Shown here: piece after piece, positions 19,493 to 29,690 of the stretch
Position numbering within the stretch: position 1 is the stretch's first letter
How the letters are laid out: every line of letters starts with the position of its first letter
Notes under the pieces: generated by a model
Told to the model about the DNA's origin: nothing
Seen by the model: only the letters and a program-made list of their open reading frames with translations
Database searches by the model: none
Made by a program: the position numbers and the translations under genes
NCBI GenBank assembly: GCA_016931255.1
Contig: JAFGFG010000005.1
Span: 7,053 to 71,052, forward strand
Length of the DNA stretch: 64,000 nt
Direction: 5' to 3'
DNA from: Candidatus Aenigmatarchaeota archaeon
GTDB taxonomy: Archaea; Aenigmatarchaeota; Aenigmatarchaeia; QMZP01; JAFGSV01

Positions 19493-20138
19493 AGCCCAGT
19501 TTGGTCAGTGTCGATAGCGAATGTATCATGGGATTCGTCCTCTTCCCGTAAGCACGCGTCTGCCTGTTTTTCAGAGCCTTCGGAAGCTCGTTTATGTCGC
19601 TTATCTCTGCCACAGTGAATGCATTTCCCACTTCGTACCTGCAGTGCGAGTCAGAGCCTCCTGTGACACCGAGGCCGTTCTCTTCAGCGAATGCCCTTGC
19701 CCTCCTGTTGAACCGGTTGAGCAGCACGCGCGCATTGACTGCCTCCACTCCGTCCATGTGCTTCTTGTATTCCTCAATCATTTTGAAATTCGCCCTGAAC
19801 GTGTCGAAGGGATGCGCCACCACCATTATCCCGCCCTGTGACTTTATGGCATCTTTCACTGCATGGAACTCATCGGGCTTTATCTCCTCGTTTATGAAAT
19901 AAGCAAGAACCTCACCGATTTTCTTCCCGTTATGGAACACCTTCACTTCCTCTGCCTTTATGACATCGATTCCATACATTTTCCCTGCAGACAGTGCCCT
20001 CTTCCATCCCTTCGTGGTGTTGTGGTCAGTGACAGCTACGCTGTTGAGTCCTTCCTTCTTTGCTGCCTTCACATAATCATCAGGGCTTATTATTGCATCG
20101 TCGGAGTAGAAAGTGTGCCCATGCATCTCTATTTTCAT
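19470..20138 (-). CDS. PHP-domain metal-dependent phosphoesterase
   Basis: N-terminal HGHTFYSDD and VAVTDHN histidine motifs match the PHP family. Its start overlaps the pop5 stop by 4 nt. Confidence 0.7.
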   Translation of the reverse strand: MKIEMHGHTFYSDDAIISPDDYVKAAKKEGLNSVAVTDHNTTKGWKRALSAGKMYGIDVIKAEEVKVFHNGKKIGEVLAYFINEEIKPDEFHAVKDAIKSQGGIMVVAHPFDTFRANFKMIEEYKKHMDGVEAVNARVLLNRFNRRARAFAEENGLGVTGGSDSHCRYEVGNAFTVAEISDINELPKALKNRQTRAYGKRTNPMIHSLSTLTKLGFMRPKGL

Positions 20139-20479
20139 TTGCCCACCTTTTCCTTTCCGGACTTTATGGTTCCCGAGACCCTCAGTGTCCTGAAAATGAC
20201 CTTTGAGTCTCCTATCTGATGTATCAGCGCAAGGGACATCTTTATGTCATCAACTGATTTCGGGGTGCATGATATCCATCCCTCCTGCCTGCTCTCATCC
20301 CAGAGGTTCCTCAGAATCTTTACATTCGCAAGCGAGACTCCCTTCTCACCAACCCAGTTGAGCGCGGAATTGGTCACAGCTCCTTTAAGCTCACTGAAGC
20401 TTACAGGCAGTTCGGATATCAGCCTGAATGTTATGTATCTCCTGCTTTCCCTCATCGAAGGCGGCCTTCTGAGTTTCAT
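20135..20479 (-). CDS. RNase P protein component Pop5 (Rnp2)
   Basis: SRRYITFRLISE near the N-terminus and LRVSGTIKSGKEK at the C-terminus match archaeal Pop5 (RKRYIAFKVISE ... LGVSGTIKRLKRK in Pyrococcus). 4-nt overlap with the upstream rpp30 gene. Confidence 0.75.
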   Translation of the reverse strand: MKLRRPPSMRESRRYITFRLISELPVSFSELKGAVTNSALNWVGEKGVSLANVKILRNLWDESRQEGWISCTPKSVDDIKMSLALIHQIGDSKVIFRTLRVSGTIKSGKEKVGK

Positions 20480-21111
20480 TTATCCACCTCCACTCCAGGG
20501 CTTATCCATTTCCCTGAAAGCCTTTTCCTGTTCTCGTCTATCAGTGCTGAGCTTGTGGCTTTCTTCACAGACGCTTCGTCAAAGCCCAGCAGTTTTCCGA
20601 AGGAAATGAACTCTGACTGCGACCTCAGGCCAAATTCTGATTCGGCACCGGATATTATCATGAATGGAGCTCCTGCTTTCCTGACGCACTGGGCATTCTT
20701 TACCATCTGCGAGAAAATCCTCCCCCTGTCCACAAGCGTTGAATGCAGTAGCTCTGAGAAGTCGAATGCTATCCTTACATTGTTCTTCTTCGCTGTTTTC
20801 GCCATCACGAAATCAATCTTGGTTTCAGGGCATGGTATGAGGATGTCAGTTTCTTCTGTTTCAGTTGCAATCCTGTTCATCTTCTCGTCTGTTCCTGAGA
20901 CAGCTATCACAGCATATGCTTTCCTGTTCTTTTTCACAGCCCTTTTCATCATCTCCGGGTTCTTCTCTGTTATCAGGATGCCCTTAACGAATATCTTTCC
21001 GGACAGTACACTGCTGCTGAAAATGCACATTCCGTCTATTCCGAGCTTTGCAGCCATGCCTGCCAGAGCATTTCCGTCTCCTTCCTTTACCCCGTAGTCC
21101 CAGAATGCCAT
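20476..21111 (-). CDS. RNase P protein component Rpp30 (Rnp3), TIM-barrel
   Basis: 211 aa. Position immediately upstream of and overlapping pop5 (the canonical Rpp30-Pop5 pair). TIM-barrel-like pattern. Confidence 0.65.
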   Translation of the reverse strand: MAFWDYGVKEGDGNALAGMAAKLGIDGMCIFSSSVLSGKIFVKGILITEKNPEMMKRAVKKNRKAYAVIAVSGTDEKMNRIATETEETDILIPCPETKIDFVMAKTAKKNNVRIAFDFSELLHSTLVDRGRIFSQMVKNAQCVRKAGAPFMIISGAESEFGLRSQSEFISFGKLLGFDEASVKKATSSALIDENRKRLSGKWISPGVEVDK

Positions 21112-21167
21112 AAGAGTAATTGGTATGCCGAATAAATAAAAATTGTCTGGTGATTCCTGGGAAGTTT

Positions 21168-23378
21168 TCAGGAATTTCTGGCTTTTAGTATGCTCTTGAG
21201 TAAGCCTCTTATTCGCCCGCTGCTCTCCGCAAGTATCCTCGCATGGGATGACGCGATTCCGACCTTGACGGTGAATGCGTTGTCGGGAAGGATGTTGAAC
21301 ATGTCCTCGTCAGTCCTGTCGTCGCCGGCTGCTAGTATGAAGTCCCATCTCCTTTTCTCCGTCCATGTGAGACATGCACGGCCCTTGTTTACGCCTTCCT
21401 TCTTGACTTCTATGACCTTTCCGCCCTCCAGTATTCCAAGATCCTGGTTAGCGGTCAGGTGTATTAGGTCGTCCTTGAGTTCCCATGCCCTTATGGATGC
21501 CTGATCGGGTATGGCGTTCCTGTAATGCCAGACCAAAGAGAACTCCTTCTCCTCAAGGAAAGAGCCCGGCGTCCGGTCTACATACTTCTCTATGACAGTC
21601 CTTATCTCATCCTTCCAGTCACTGTCCATGGGCTCTATCAGGAACCACCTTCCGCCCCTCTTCTTTATCCATATGCCATGCTCCGCGACGATGCCAATGT
21701 CAAGCTTTCCGAACCATTTGTCCATGGTCTTCCTGTCCCTGCCGCTGACAAGCACCACCTCGTTCCTCGGGTCCTGCGAAAGCTTTTTGAGTATCCCCGT
21801 TATCTGCTTGTCGGGCTTGGCCTTTTTCGGGCTGCCGACTATGCTTGTCAGTGTCCCGTCGTAATCCAGCAGGAAGAGCCTCTTTTTGGATTTCACGTAG
21901 CGCTCGGTTATGTCGGACTCCTCTTTCTTTGACAGTATCCTCTTCTTCAGGTTTTTCTCCAGTTCCTTGGTGTTCTCGAGCTTTTCCATGAAATCATTGA
22001 CCCATCTGGTTATGTCATACCTCCTGAGTCTGTCCCTCATGATGCGGTTGTTCTCCTTCTGCTCGTCGCAGCTCATGGTGATGGCCTTCTCTATGGCGGA
22101 TTCTATCTCCTCCCTGTTGTTGGGGTTGACAGTGATGGCCTCCACGAGCTCCTTGGACGCGCCCGCCATCTCGCTGAGTATCAACACGCCCTTTCCACCG
22201 TTCTTCGCGGCTATGAACTCCTTTGCCATGAGATTCATTCCGTCTCTCAGGGGCGTTATGAGTTCTATGTCCGCCAGTTGGTAGAGTGCGAGCAGCATGC
22301 TCTCCGGGATAAATCTCCTTATGTATATGACGGGTGTCCACTGGACTGTGCCGTACCTCCCGTTGATGCTTCCTATTCTCTCGTCCAGATACTTTCTCAG
22401 TGTCTTGTAGTGCTCAACGTTCGTCCTCGACGGGACGGCAACCATGACCATGACGACCTTGGTCTTCATCGACGGATTCTTGGAAAGGAACATCTCGAAC
22501 GCATCTAGGCGCTGGAGTATTCCCTTCGTGTAATCCAGCCTGTCTATCGACAGTATGACCTTCCTCTCGCCTACCTGCTTCCTGAACAGCTTCATCTGCT
22601 TGGCGACATCCTCCCTCTTTCTGCTTTCGCTGTACTTCTCGTAGTTTATGCCCATCGGGAACGCATCCGCTTTTATTACCCTTCCGTGCGCGTTTATCTG
22701 TCCGGCCTCATGCTCGTGACCGGTGAGGAAATGGACGCTGTCCAGGAAGTGCTTCACATAGTCGTACTGGTGGAAACCGACCAGGTCCGCTCCCAGCATG
22801 CCTTCCACGAGCTCCTTCCTCCACGGCAGCAGCCTGAACACCTCGAACGACGGGAACGGTATGTGCAGGAAGAATCCTATGGTCAGGTCGGGCCTCTTCT
22901 CTCTTAGCATCTTCGGCAACAGAAAGAGATGGTAGTCGTGTATCCATATGGTGTCGCCCTTCTTGGCGATCTTGAGTATGGATTTGAGGAACTTCTCGTT
23001 GACATTCCTGTATGCGTCCCACATATTCTTTTCGTATTCGGCATACTGTACGAAATAGTGGAAGAGTGGCCACAGCGTCTTGTTGCAGAAACCCCCGTAG
23101 TGAACCTCTATATCCTTTGAATTAAGGAAAACAGGAAAACTGCTGAACTTCCTTCTCAGTGTATTCTTTATTCTGGTCTTTTCTTTCTGATTTATCTTCT
23201 CGTCTTCCAGGCCGCACCATCCGAGCCACAGCTTTTCAGACTGCGTCTCGAAAGAGGCCAGTCCGGTCGCCAGTCCACCGATGCTCTGCCTGAAATCCAG
23301 AACACCTTTGATTTTTCTTGCCGTCACCGGAAGCCTGTTCGAAACAACTATTATCCTTCCCATTGAATTTACATACAC
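21168..23378 (-). CDS. otsA: bifunctional trehalose-6-phosphate synthase / trehalose-6-phosphate phosphatase (OtsA-OtsB fusion)
   Basis: 736 aa. N-terminal GT20 TPS domain (IGGLATGL, HDYHLFLLP). C-terminal HAD phosphatase with LFLLDYDGTLT and GDDRTDEDMF motifs. Confidence 0.88.
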   Translation of the reverse strand: MYVNSMGRIIVVSNRLPVTARKIKGVLDFRQSIGGLATGLASFETQSEKLWLGWCGLEDEKINQKEKTRIKNTLRRKFSSFPVFLNSKDIEVHYGGFCNKTLWPLFHYFVQYAEYEKNMWDAYRNVNEKFLKSILKIAKKGDTIWIHDYHLFLLPKMLREKRPDLTIGFFLHIPFPSFEVFRLLPWRKELVEGMLGADLVGFHQYDYVKHFLDSVHFLTGHEHEAGQINAHGRVIKADAFPMGINYEKYSESRKREDVAKQMKLFRKQVGERKVILSIDRLDYTKGILQRLDAFEMFLSKNPSMKTKVVMVMVAVPSRTNVEHYKTLRKYLDERIGSINGRYGTVQWTPVIYIRRFIPESMLLALYQLADIELITPLRDGMNLMAKEFIAAKNGGKGVLILSEMAGASKELVEAITVNPNNREEIESAIEKAITMSCDEQKENNRIMRDRLRRYDITRWVNDFMEKLENTKELEKNLKKRILSKKEESDITERYVKSKKRLFLLDYDGTLTSIVGSPKKAKPDKQITGILKKLSQDPRNEVVLVSGRDRKTMDKWFGKLDIGIVAEHGIWIKKRGGRWFLIEPMDSDWKDEIRTVIEKYVDRTPGSFLEEKEFSLVWHYRNAIPDQASIRAWELKDDLIHLTANQDLGILEGGKVIEVKKEGVNKGRACLTWTEKRRWDFILAAGDDRTDEDMFNILPDNAFTVKVGIASSHARILAESSGRIRGLLKSILKARNS

Positions 23379-23411
23379 CTGTTTAGTTTCACGGTTTCAT
23401 GTCTAATATAA

Positions 23412-24635
23412 CTACCGGGCATTTTTCGCCGGCAGAAGATAGTTGCTTATGAGGTTCATCCAGTCTATCATGAGCCTGGTAACGAGGAAGTTGTTCGTGA
23501 CATGCAGCTTCCCGCGTCTTCCCATCTCATTCCTGAGCTTCTCGTCCCTGAGCAGCTTGAGGATGCAAGCGGAGAACCCTTCTATGTCGTTCGGATCCCT
23601 CAGGAAACCGTTCATGCCGTTCAGTACCTGGAACGGTATGCCGCCGACGTTCGATGCGACGACTGGCGTTCCTTTGAACAGCGCCTCGGACACGACGAGA
23701 CCGAAGCCCTCTCTCAGGGATTTCTGTATCACTACCGCTGATTCTTTCTGCATGCAGTTTACCATGACGTCGGTTGTGTTGAGCATGAGCTTTATGTTGT
23801 CGCCGTACCTGCTCTCCTGCTTCATCCTTTCGGTCTTCTCGAAAATCTTCTGCCCCTCGGGGTCATCTACGGAGAACGACCCTATGAGCGCGAGCTGGCA
23901 TTTCTCCTTTCTCCTGACCTTCTCGAAAATCTTTATGACGCCTGTCGGGTCTTTCCACTTGTCGAACCTGGATATCTGGGTTATTATGGGTATGCTGCGG
24001 TCTATATCATTTTCCTCTAGCATCTTCCTGACTGTCCTGTCGTTTACAGGGCGGTTCTTGGGAGAGAGAGGGTCTATTGCAGGGTACATAATCGACTGCG
24101 GCACATCAAGTCTCTTCTTGTACTCCTCCTTCGACACCACGAAATGGTCGTACTTGTTGACGAACGACCTTATGTATCTCCATATGCTCATGTCAGGATA
24201 TGAAAGATCCATGTGGAACCTGCATATCCATGGCTGCTTCTTCTCGTAGAAATCTATCAGCGGCAGTGGCTGCGGGTCGTGCACTATGACCATGTCATGG
24301 TCCACATGAGTAAAGATAGAAAACATCTTGTTGGTGTCGTAGTAGATATTTTTCTTCTTGCGGGTGAGTTTCATGGACTCGCCCTGAAGGGAGTTGTGTA
24401 TGCCTTTTGTCACGTTGAAGAAGTCGGACGAGCCGTGGAGCGTCCTCCATCCGAAATCTATGTCGAGCAGGTTGAAGAGCACGATGCTGCTGTTGAGCAT
24501 CTCGGCAACCCCTCCGCCGTGCGACGTCGAGTTTATGCACAGTATGTGCTTGTCTTTCAGGGGTTCCGCCTTGATTCTCAGTTGTTCAATCTGCTCTTTT
24601 CCCGCTATCTTTTCGTACTCCTTCAAAATTTTCAT
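23412..24635 (-). CDS. GT4 glycosyltransferase, TreT-like (trehalose glycosyltransferring synthase candidate)
   Basis: 407 aa. N-terminal INSTSHGGGVAEML resembles TreT. C-terminal GT-B fold. It is adjacent to otsAB. Confidence 0.55.
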   Translation of the reverse strand: MKILKEYEKIAGKEQIEQLRIKAEPLKDKHILCINSTSHGGGVAEMLNSSIVLFNLLDIDFGWRTLHGSSDFFNVTKGIHNSLQGESMKLTRKKKNIYYDTNKMFSIFTHVDHDMVIVHDPQPLPLIDFYEKKQPWICRFHMDLSYPDMSIWRYIRSFVNKYDHFVVSKEEYKKRLDVPQSIMYPAIDPLSPKNRPVNDRTVRKMLEENDIDRSIPIITQISRFDKWKDPTGVIKIFEKVRRKEKCQLALIGSFSVDDPEGQKIFEKTERMKQESRYGDNIKLMLNTTDVMVNCMQKESAVVIQKSLREGFGLVVSEALFKGTPVVASNVGGIPFQVLNGMNGFLRDPNDIEGFSACILKLLRDEKLRNEMGRRGKLHVTNNFLVTRLMIDWMNLISNYLLPAKNAR

Positions 24636-24663
24636 AATCGTTAATTTCCGGCCTGTCCGCCTT

Positions 24664-27054
24664 TCACCGCTTTCCGTGCCTGAAGTATATGAAAGCTGCT
24701 ATTGCCATCAGTGCCATTATCGCAGGCCACGTCAGTCCATAGAATGAAGCAGGAAATTCAATCTTGACCAATATGTCAACGAAGTCGCTTATCTTCTGCT
24801 CCATGCCGGGTGTTGTGGAATTTGCGTATACTGTAAACTTGTAGTTGTCTCCTATGTCAGATGTATACACATGAACATGAAGTGTCCTGGTCTCTTTCGG
24901 GCTGAGTGTTATGTTTATGCTCCTGTTATCCTGCGCCATCACGCCTTCAGATGCGTCAACGAACCTGGCATAACTGTATCCGTCTATCATCACTTTTATG
25001 GTGTCTTCCTCTGTCTGCCTGTTGGACACTGTGAGTGTCAGTACCTTGTAGCTTCCCAGCGTCATGTAGAGCCTGTTTATGTCTGTTGTGAGCTTCAGAG
25101 GCTTCAGTATCGTGAAGTACCCGGTTCCCGTCTCTATCCTGTTTCCTGCCCTGTCAGCAGCGAATCCTATGTAGCTTATATTGTAATCGTCAGTCCATGG
25201 ATTTATCTGGAACCAGCACCTGTTTGAAGTTCCCGGACAGCGCATTTGAACAGGACTGCCGACAGCGTAGTTAGAGCCCACTGCCATTGTGGTGTAGACT
25301 ATTCCTGTCTCATTGACTCCGGTGTAGTCGTTGTTGTTGGGGTCGGCTATTATGCTGAAGTTCACAGGAACCGATATGAATAGTATCTGGCCGTTGACAA
25401 TCACAGCCTCATCAGGATCCTTGGCTTCGATTGACACAGAAGGGGGGTCTGTCCAGTCTATCCACGTACCGTTGACGAACTGCGTATAGACATTCTTTAT
25501 GTTGGCACATCCGTATGCATTGTCTATTGCCCTTGCGCGGAAGAAGAATGTATGGTTGTCTTCGTCTCTAAGAGCCGCTGCCACGCCATTGTCCGAATCA
25601 TCCTGGTCGAAGTTCACGCTCGTGAAATCAACACACTTTTCAAGCTCGCATTCCCCGCTTGACGGGTTGTATACAAGAACCTCGTCTGTGTATATATTTG
25701 ACAGGTCTGACCACTGCGTCCATGCCTGCTCCTGTGTTATCACGCTTCCTATGTTGTCTATCCTGTACTGGACCTGATGGCACTGTATTCCGGCGTTGTT
25801 CGTGCCTCCTGCATCGCTCCCTGTCCAGATGACAGGGAATACGTTGCTGCTTATGTTCTCAATTGGAAGCATTATGGTTGTCACAGGCTCGTATGTGTCA
25901 ACTGTTGTACACATGCAATACGGAGTCGGGTCTGTTCCCCATGCCGGATTACAGCTCCAGTCGTCAATTATCTCTGTGTGCGTAATATCTCTTGCCCTTA
26001 TCCTGAAGCAGAACTCTGCTCCGTCTCCTTCACCTTCAAGGTTCACCGTGTAGTAATCATCATCAGCTTCTGAGAGAGATGCGGTCTGCCAGTTCTCAAG
26101 ACTGTCCCTGAAACTGCCTGAGTCAACGTACTGGACATCGAATTCATCTGCGTGGACATTTCCTGTCCACGTTATGTTGAATATCCTTCCTGTTACAGTG
26201 TCATTCGCAGGTGACGTGAATACGGCATCAGGTAGAATGTTGTCAATATAAGGCAGAGTTGTTGTTGTCCAGTCACCCCAACTGCTTCCGTCAAACGCCC
26301 TGGCGCTTATGCGGACAATAGTTTCATTACGATTTGCGATAACATCAGTCGAACGCCATACCACTTCCCAAGGCTCTGCTGTCAATGTTCCCAGATCAAT
26401 GTATGTGCTGCCTGAGCCATATGTTATATTGAATTCCACCTGCTGTAAAGGGTCTCCGTCATCGTCTATTACAGCAGCTTCAAATAGTATGTCGCCCCTT
26501 GTGCTGTTGTAAGTTATGCTGGTCACCCTCGGACTAACCCCGGCGAAGCAGCAGACCTTTCTTGTATATGCATCGCAGTCGCCTATGTGGGCATTCGTGT
26601 CAGCGCTGACAGATGCCATGCATACAGGGGCGACAGAACACGAGCCGGATTCATATGTGCACCATATCAGCCCGCCTCCTGTTGAAAGGCATACTTCCGT
26701 GTCATAATCCGGGTCAGGCGACGGTGCAGCAGGATTCTCGACATGGGAGTTGGTAGTACCTGTCAGTATGATCACCGGTGCTGAATCAGTTTCTCCTGTG
26801 CAGGTTCTTCCGAGGCCTGCAACACCGCTGCAGCACACCGCGTAGTTGTAATCGGTGTCACTGTACAAAGCCGCATGGGAGTTGTCGGTGTCATACATCC
26901 TGAAGACGACTATCTCACCCGCCCCGTTGCATGGGTTTACTGTGGTGTCCCTTATGTCGCATACAAGATTGGCGTCTGCATAAACCGGCAGCAGCAGCGC
27001 TGTGAAGACTGACAGTGCGGCTAATGCCATGATGTTCGGAATTTTCATTTTCAT
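24664..27054 (-). CDS. large secreted/cell-surface protein with signal peptide, Cys-rich repeats and C-terminal TM anchor
   Basis: 796 aa. Signal peptide MKMKIPNIMALAALSVFTALLLPVYA. Internal repeat pair ending in VCC. Many N-glycosylation sequons. C-terminal TM LTWPAIMALMAIAAFIYF then RHGKR. Confidence 0.75.
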   Translation of the reverse strand: MKMKIPNIMALAALSVFTALLLPVYADANLVCDIRDTTVNPCNGAGEIVVFRMYDTDNSHAALYSDTDYNYAVCCSGVAGLGRTCTGETDSAPVIILTGTTNSHVENPAAPSPDPDYDTEVCLSTGGGLIWCTYESGSCSVAPVCMASVSADTNAHIGDCDAYTRKVCCFAGVSPRVTSITYNSTRGDILFEAAVIDDDGDPLQQVEFNITYGSGSTYIDLGTLTAEPWEVVWRSTDVIANRNETIVRISARAFDGSSWGDWTTTTLPYIDNILPDAVFTSPANDTVTGRIFNITWTGNVHADEFDVQYVDSGSFRDSLENWQTASLSEADDDYYTVNLEGEGDGAEFCFRIRARDITHTEIIDDWSCNPAWGTDPTPYCMCTTVDTYEPVTTIMLPIENISSNVFPVIWTGSDAGGTNNAGIQCHQVQYRIDNIGSVITQEQAWTQWSDLSNIYTDEVLVYNPSSGECELEKCVDFTSVNFDQDDSDNGVAAALRDEDNHTFFFRARAIDNAYGCANIKNVYTQFVNGTWIDWTDPPSVSIEAKDPDEAVIVNGQILFISVPVNFSIIADPNNNDYTGVNETGIVYTTMAVGSNYAVGSPVQMRCPGTSNRCWFQINPWTDDYNISYIGFAADRAGNRIETGTGYFTILKPLKLTTDINRLYMTLGSYKVLTLTVSNRQTEEDTIKVMIDGYSYARFVDASEGVMAQDNRSINITLSPKETRTLHVHVYTSDIGDNYKFTVYANSTTPGMEQKISDFVDILVKIEFPASFYGLTWPAIMALMAIAAFIYFRHGKR

Positions 27055-27058
27055 GATA

Positions 27059-27412
27059 TCATAAACCCAGTATCTGGAAATATCTCAGGCAGTGATCCTT
27101 CGTGTTCTGGCTGACTATCTTTTCGCACAGCGCCTTGTCCTTTGTCGCTATTGCAGTGTCGTGGTAATCCATGTCATCGCAGTCCTGCTGAGTGAACCTC
27201 GGATTGTCAATCATGCACTGGCTCTTGGGCTCTTCACTGGCAGTCACACCCGAATTCTGGGGAACTGAAATGTTCATGTCAACATAGTTGAAAAGCGCAA
27301 GCACAGTAAGAATTATAACAAAGACAGTGACAGATGCAAAAATCTCCAGCCTGTTCCTTGAAGCATGATGAGCGATGGACTTGCCTGAGTCCTTTCTTCT
27401 TTTGGCCGGCAT
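27059..27412 (-). CDS. small single-TM membrane protein
   Basis: 117 aa. Basic N-terminus then TM helix FASVTVFVIILTVLALF. It lies 5 nt downstream of the surface protein gene on the same strand. Confidence 0.45.
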   Translation of the reverse strand: MPAKRRKDSGKSIAHHASRNRLEIFASVTVFVIILTVLALFNYVDMNISVPQNSGVTASEEPKSQCMIDNPRFTQQDCDDMDYHDTAIATKDKALCEKIVSQNTKDHCLRYFQILGL

Positions 27413-27470
27413 AATATTGTTTTGATAAATGTTATTAATATATCAGCACTCAGTTATATTCTATAAAGCT

Positions 27471-27478
27471 TTTTATAA
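27471..27478 (+). promoter_or_regulatory. archaeal TATA box (ttttataa) 21 nt upstream of the nop5 ATG
   Basis: agctttttataatcagtcttcaaatcatcttcATG. Leaderless-type spacing. Confidence 0.4.
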
Positions 27479-27498
27479 TCAGTCTTCAAATCATCTTC

Positions 27499-28584
27499 AT
27501 GAAAGTTTATGTGGCAACGAACATCATAGGCGTGTTCGCTTTTGATGATAAGAAGATGGTTGATTACAGCCTTTTCCAGCCTGACGCTGTAATCATAGCA
27601 GAGAAGCTGAAGGATGTCAGGAAAGGCGAGCTGATTCCCGAAGAGGAGAAGTTGATAAAGGAACTGAAAAGGGCAGGCTACAAGAAGATAATCTGGGACA
27701 AGAGGATAGATTTCCCGGGAATGGAATGCCTCTACGAGCCTGACAATGTTGCCAAGACAATCCTCCAGAAAGACTACAGGAAGCTCGCGCTCGAGCTGAA
27801 GTTCGTCCCGACGCAGACAGAACTGAACAAGCTCCTTTCAAGGATTAATATCCAGCTTACCAAGTCTGAGCTCAGGAAGGAGAAAAAGGATGTCATACTG
27901 ATGAGGGCCATCGGAGTTCTGGACGAGCTCGACAGGACCATCAACACGCTTTCGGAGCATATGAGGGAATGGTACGGGCTTTACTTCCCTGAAGCCGAGA
28001 AGCTGATAAAGGACCACGAGCATCTTGCAACAGCCATATCAACAGAAGGCAAGAGGGAGAGCATTTCCGATTCTCGTGTCAGGAAGTATGCCTCATTATC
28101 CGCAGGCATGCCTTTCAATGGCGACGACCTGATAGCTGTGCAGGGATACGCCAAGGAAGTCAAGTCGCTGTACAAGACGAGGGACAACATCTCACTTTAC
28201 ATACGCAAGGAAGCCAAGACATTCATACCGAACCTGACAGCTGTGGCAGGACCTCTTATAGCATGCAGGCTGATCTCACTTGCAGGCGGACTGGACAAGC
28301 TGGCGAAGCTTCCTGCAAGCACAATACAGCTTCTTGGTGCTGAGAAGGCGCTGTTCAGGCATCTCAAGAGCAATGAGAAGCCGCCCAAGTTCGGAGTCAT
28401 ATTCGCTCATTCTCTCATACAGGATGCTGACAGAAGCGTGCGCGGCAAAGTCGCAAGAATGCTTGCGTCGAAGCTGATGTTTGCGGCAAGAGCGGATTTC
28501 TACACAGGAAAGAACATAAGCGAGAAGCTGATGTCAGACCTTACAGCAAAAATCGGAACCTCATCAAAGGTAAAGAAGAAGTAA
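27499..28584 (+). CDS. nop5: box C/D snoRNP protein Nop5 (Nop56/58)
   Basis: 361 aa. N-terminal Nop5 NTD, a coiled-coil region, and a C-terminal Nop domain (AGPLIACRLISLAGGLDKLAKLPASTIQLLGAEKALFRH). Confidence 0.88.
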   Translation: MKVYVATNIIGVFAFDDKKMVDYSLFQPDAVIIAEKLKDVRKGELIPEEEKLIKELKRAGYKKIIWDKRIDFPGMECLYEPDNVAKTILQKDYRKLALELKFVPTQTELNKLLSRINIQLTKSELRKEKKDVILMRAIGVLDELDRTINTLSEHMREWYGLYFPEAEKLIKDHEHLATAISTEGKRESISDSRVRKYASLSAGMPFNGDDLIAVQGYAKEVKSLYKTRDNISLYIRKEAKTFIPNLTAVAGPLIACRLISLAGGLDKLAKLPASTIQLLGAEKALFRHLKSNEKPPKFGVIFAHSLIQDADRSVRGKVARMLASKLMFAARADFYTGKNISEKLMSDLTAKIGTSSKVKKK

Positions 28585-28651
28585 CCGGAAGCCAATAGCG
28601 GATACTGGAAAGAACTCTCTGGCTTCATGCTGGCGCGTCAATGATTTGTGC

Positions 28652-28945
28652 TCATTTCAAACAGTCCTCACAATACCATCCCTCGCCAGTGAGCCTGACA
28701 CATGTGGATATCTCACCACACGTATCGCAGACTGCGAGTTCGCTTCTGGAAAAGACCTTTGGCCTGTATCTTCCGCCGTCCTTTATCTTTGAGAAGCAAA
28801 AAAAGCAAACGCTTCTCTTCACACTGTTGTTCGTGTGTTCCGGCCATCTGTCTTCCCATATGCTTTCCCCGCAGATATGGCAGTTATTCATATTCAACAC
28901 CTCTGTTGGAATGGCTGGATTCATGATTAAGTCTTGATTTTTCAA
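28652..28945 (-). CDS. double zinc-ribbon protein (97 aa), antisense between nop5 and fibrillarin
   Basis: Four Cys pairs: CHIC, CFFC, CDTC, CEDC. Competing plus-strand ORFs at the same locus lack any motif. Confidence 0.4.
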   Translation of the reverse strand: MKNQDLIMNPAIPTEVLNMNNCHICGESIWEDRWPEHTNNSVKRSVCFFCFSKIKDGGRYRPKVFSRSELAVCDTCGEISTCVRLTGEGWYCEDCLK

Positions 28946-29027
28946 TTAAAAAGAATTTCCATTCCGCGATTCATATATCGTGAAACTGTGTTTCAAAAAC
29001 AAGCATTTATTTCCATATTTCAGATAA

Positions 29028-29690
29028 GTGGTTATGAAGAGTGTATTCGACGGTGTTTTCAGGAGCGGCAGGAAGCTCTTCACAATGAACATGATACGCG
29101 GCTACAGGGAGTATACAAGAAGCACTGTGTCGGAGGGCGGGAAAGTCTACAGGGAGTGGGACCCCGGAAAGAGCAAGCCTGCTGCTGCGATAATGAAAGG
29201 CATAAAGAAATTTCCCCTTTCCAGGGGATCGAAGGTGCTTTACCTTGGCGCTGCCTCAGGAGCCACGTGCAGCTTCTTCTCGGACATAATCGGAGAGGAC
29301 GGCGTCATATACGCGGTCGAGATATCAGAGCGGTCAGTGAGAGACCTCAACAACACTTCAGAGGCGCGCGGCAACATAGTCCCCATACTTGCTGATGCGA
29401 GGAAGCCCGAGGAATATGAATGGGTCGAGCCTGTGGACATAGTCTTTCAGGATGTTGCCAGCGACGACCAGGCACAGATACTTGTGAGGAACGCCGTGAA
29501 GTTCCTGAAGAAGGGCGGCTATGCCATGATAGCCATAAAGTCGAGAAGCATAGACGTCACAAAGCCTCCAAGGGAAGTGTACAAAGACCAGCTTGAGATA
29601 ATGGAAAAGAAGATGAAGGTGCTGGAAAAGGTGGAACTTGACCCCTTCGAGAAGGACCACCTTTTTGTCATCATGCAGATGAGGACCTAG
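29028..29690 (+). CDS. flpA: fibrillarin-like rRNA/tRNA 2'-O-methyltransferase
   Basis: SAM-binding motif VLYLGAASGATCS and C-terminal fibrillarin blocks (FQDVASDDQAQIL, MIAIKSRSID). Likely start MKSVFDGV at 29034. Confidence 0.9.
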   Translation: MVMKSVFDGVFRSGRKLFTMNMIRGYREYTRSTVSEGGKVYREWDPGKSKPAAAIMKGIKKFPLSRGSKVLYLGAASGATCSFFSDIIGEDGVIYAVEISERSVRDLNNTSEARGNIVPILADARKPEEYEWVEPVDIVFQDVASDDQAQILVRNAVKFLKKGGYAMIAIKSRSIDVTKPPREVYKDQLEIMEKKMKVLEKVELDPFEKDHLFVIMQMRT

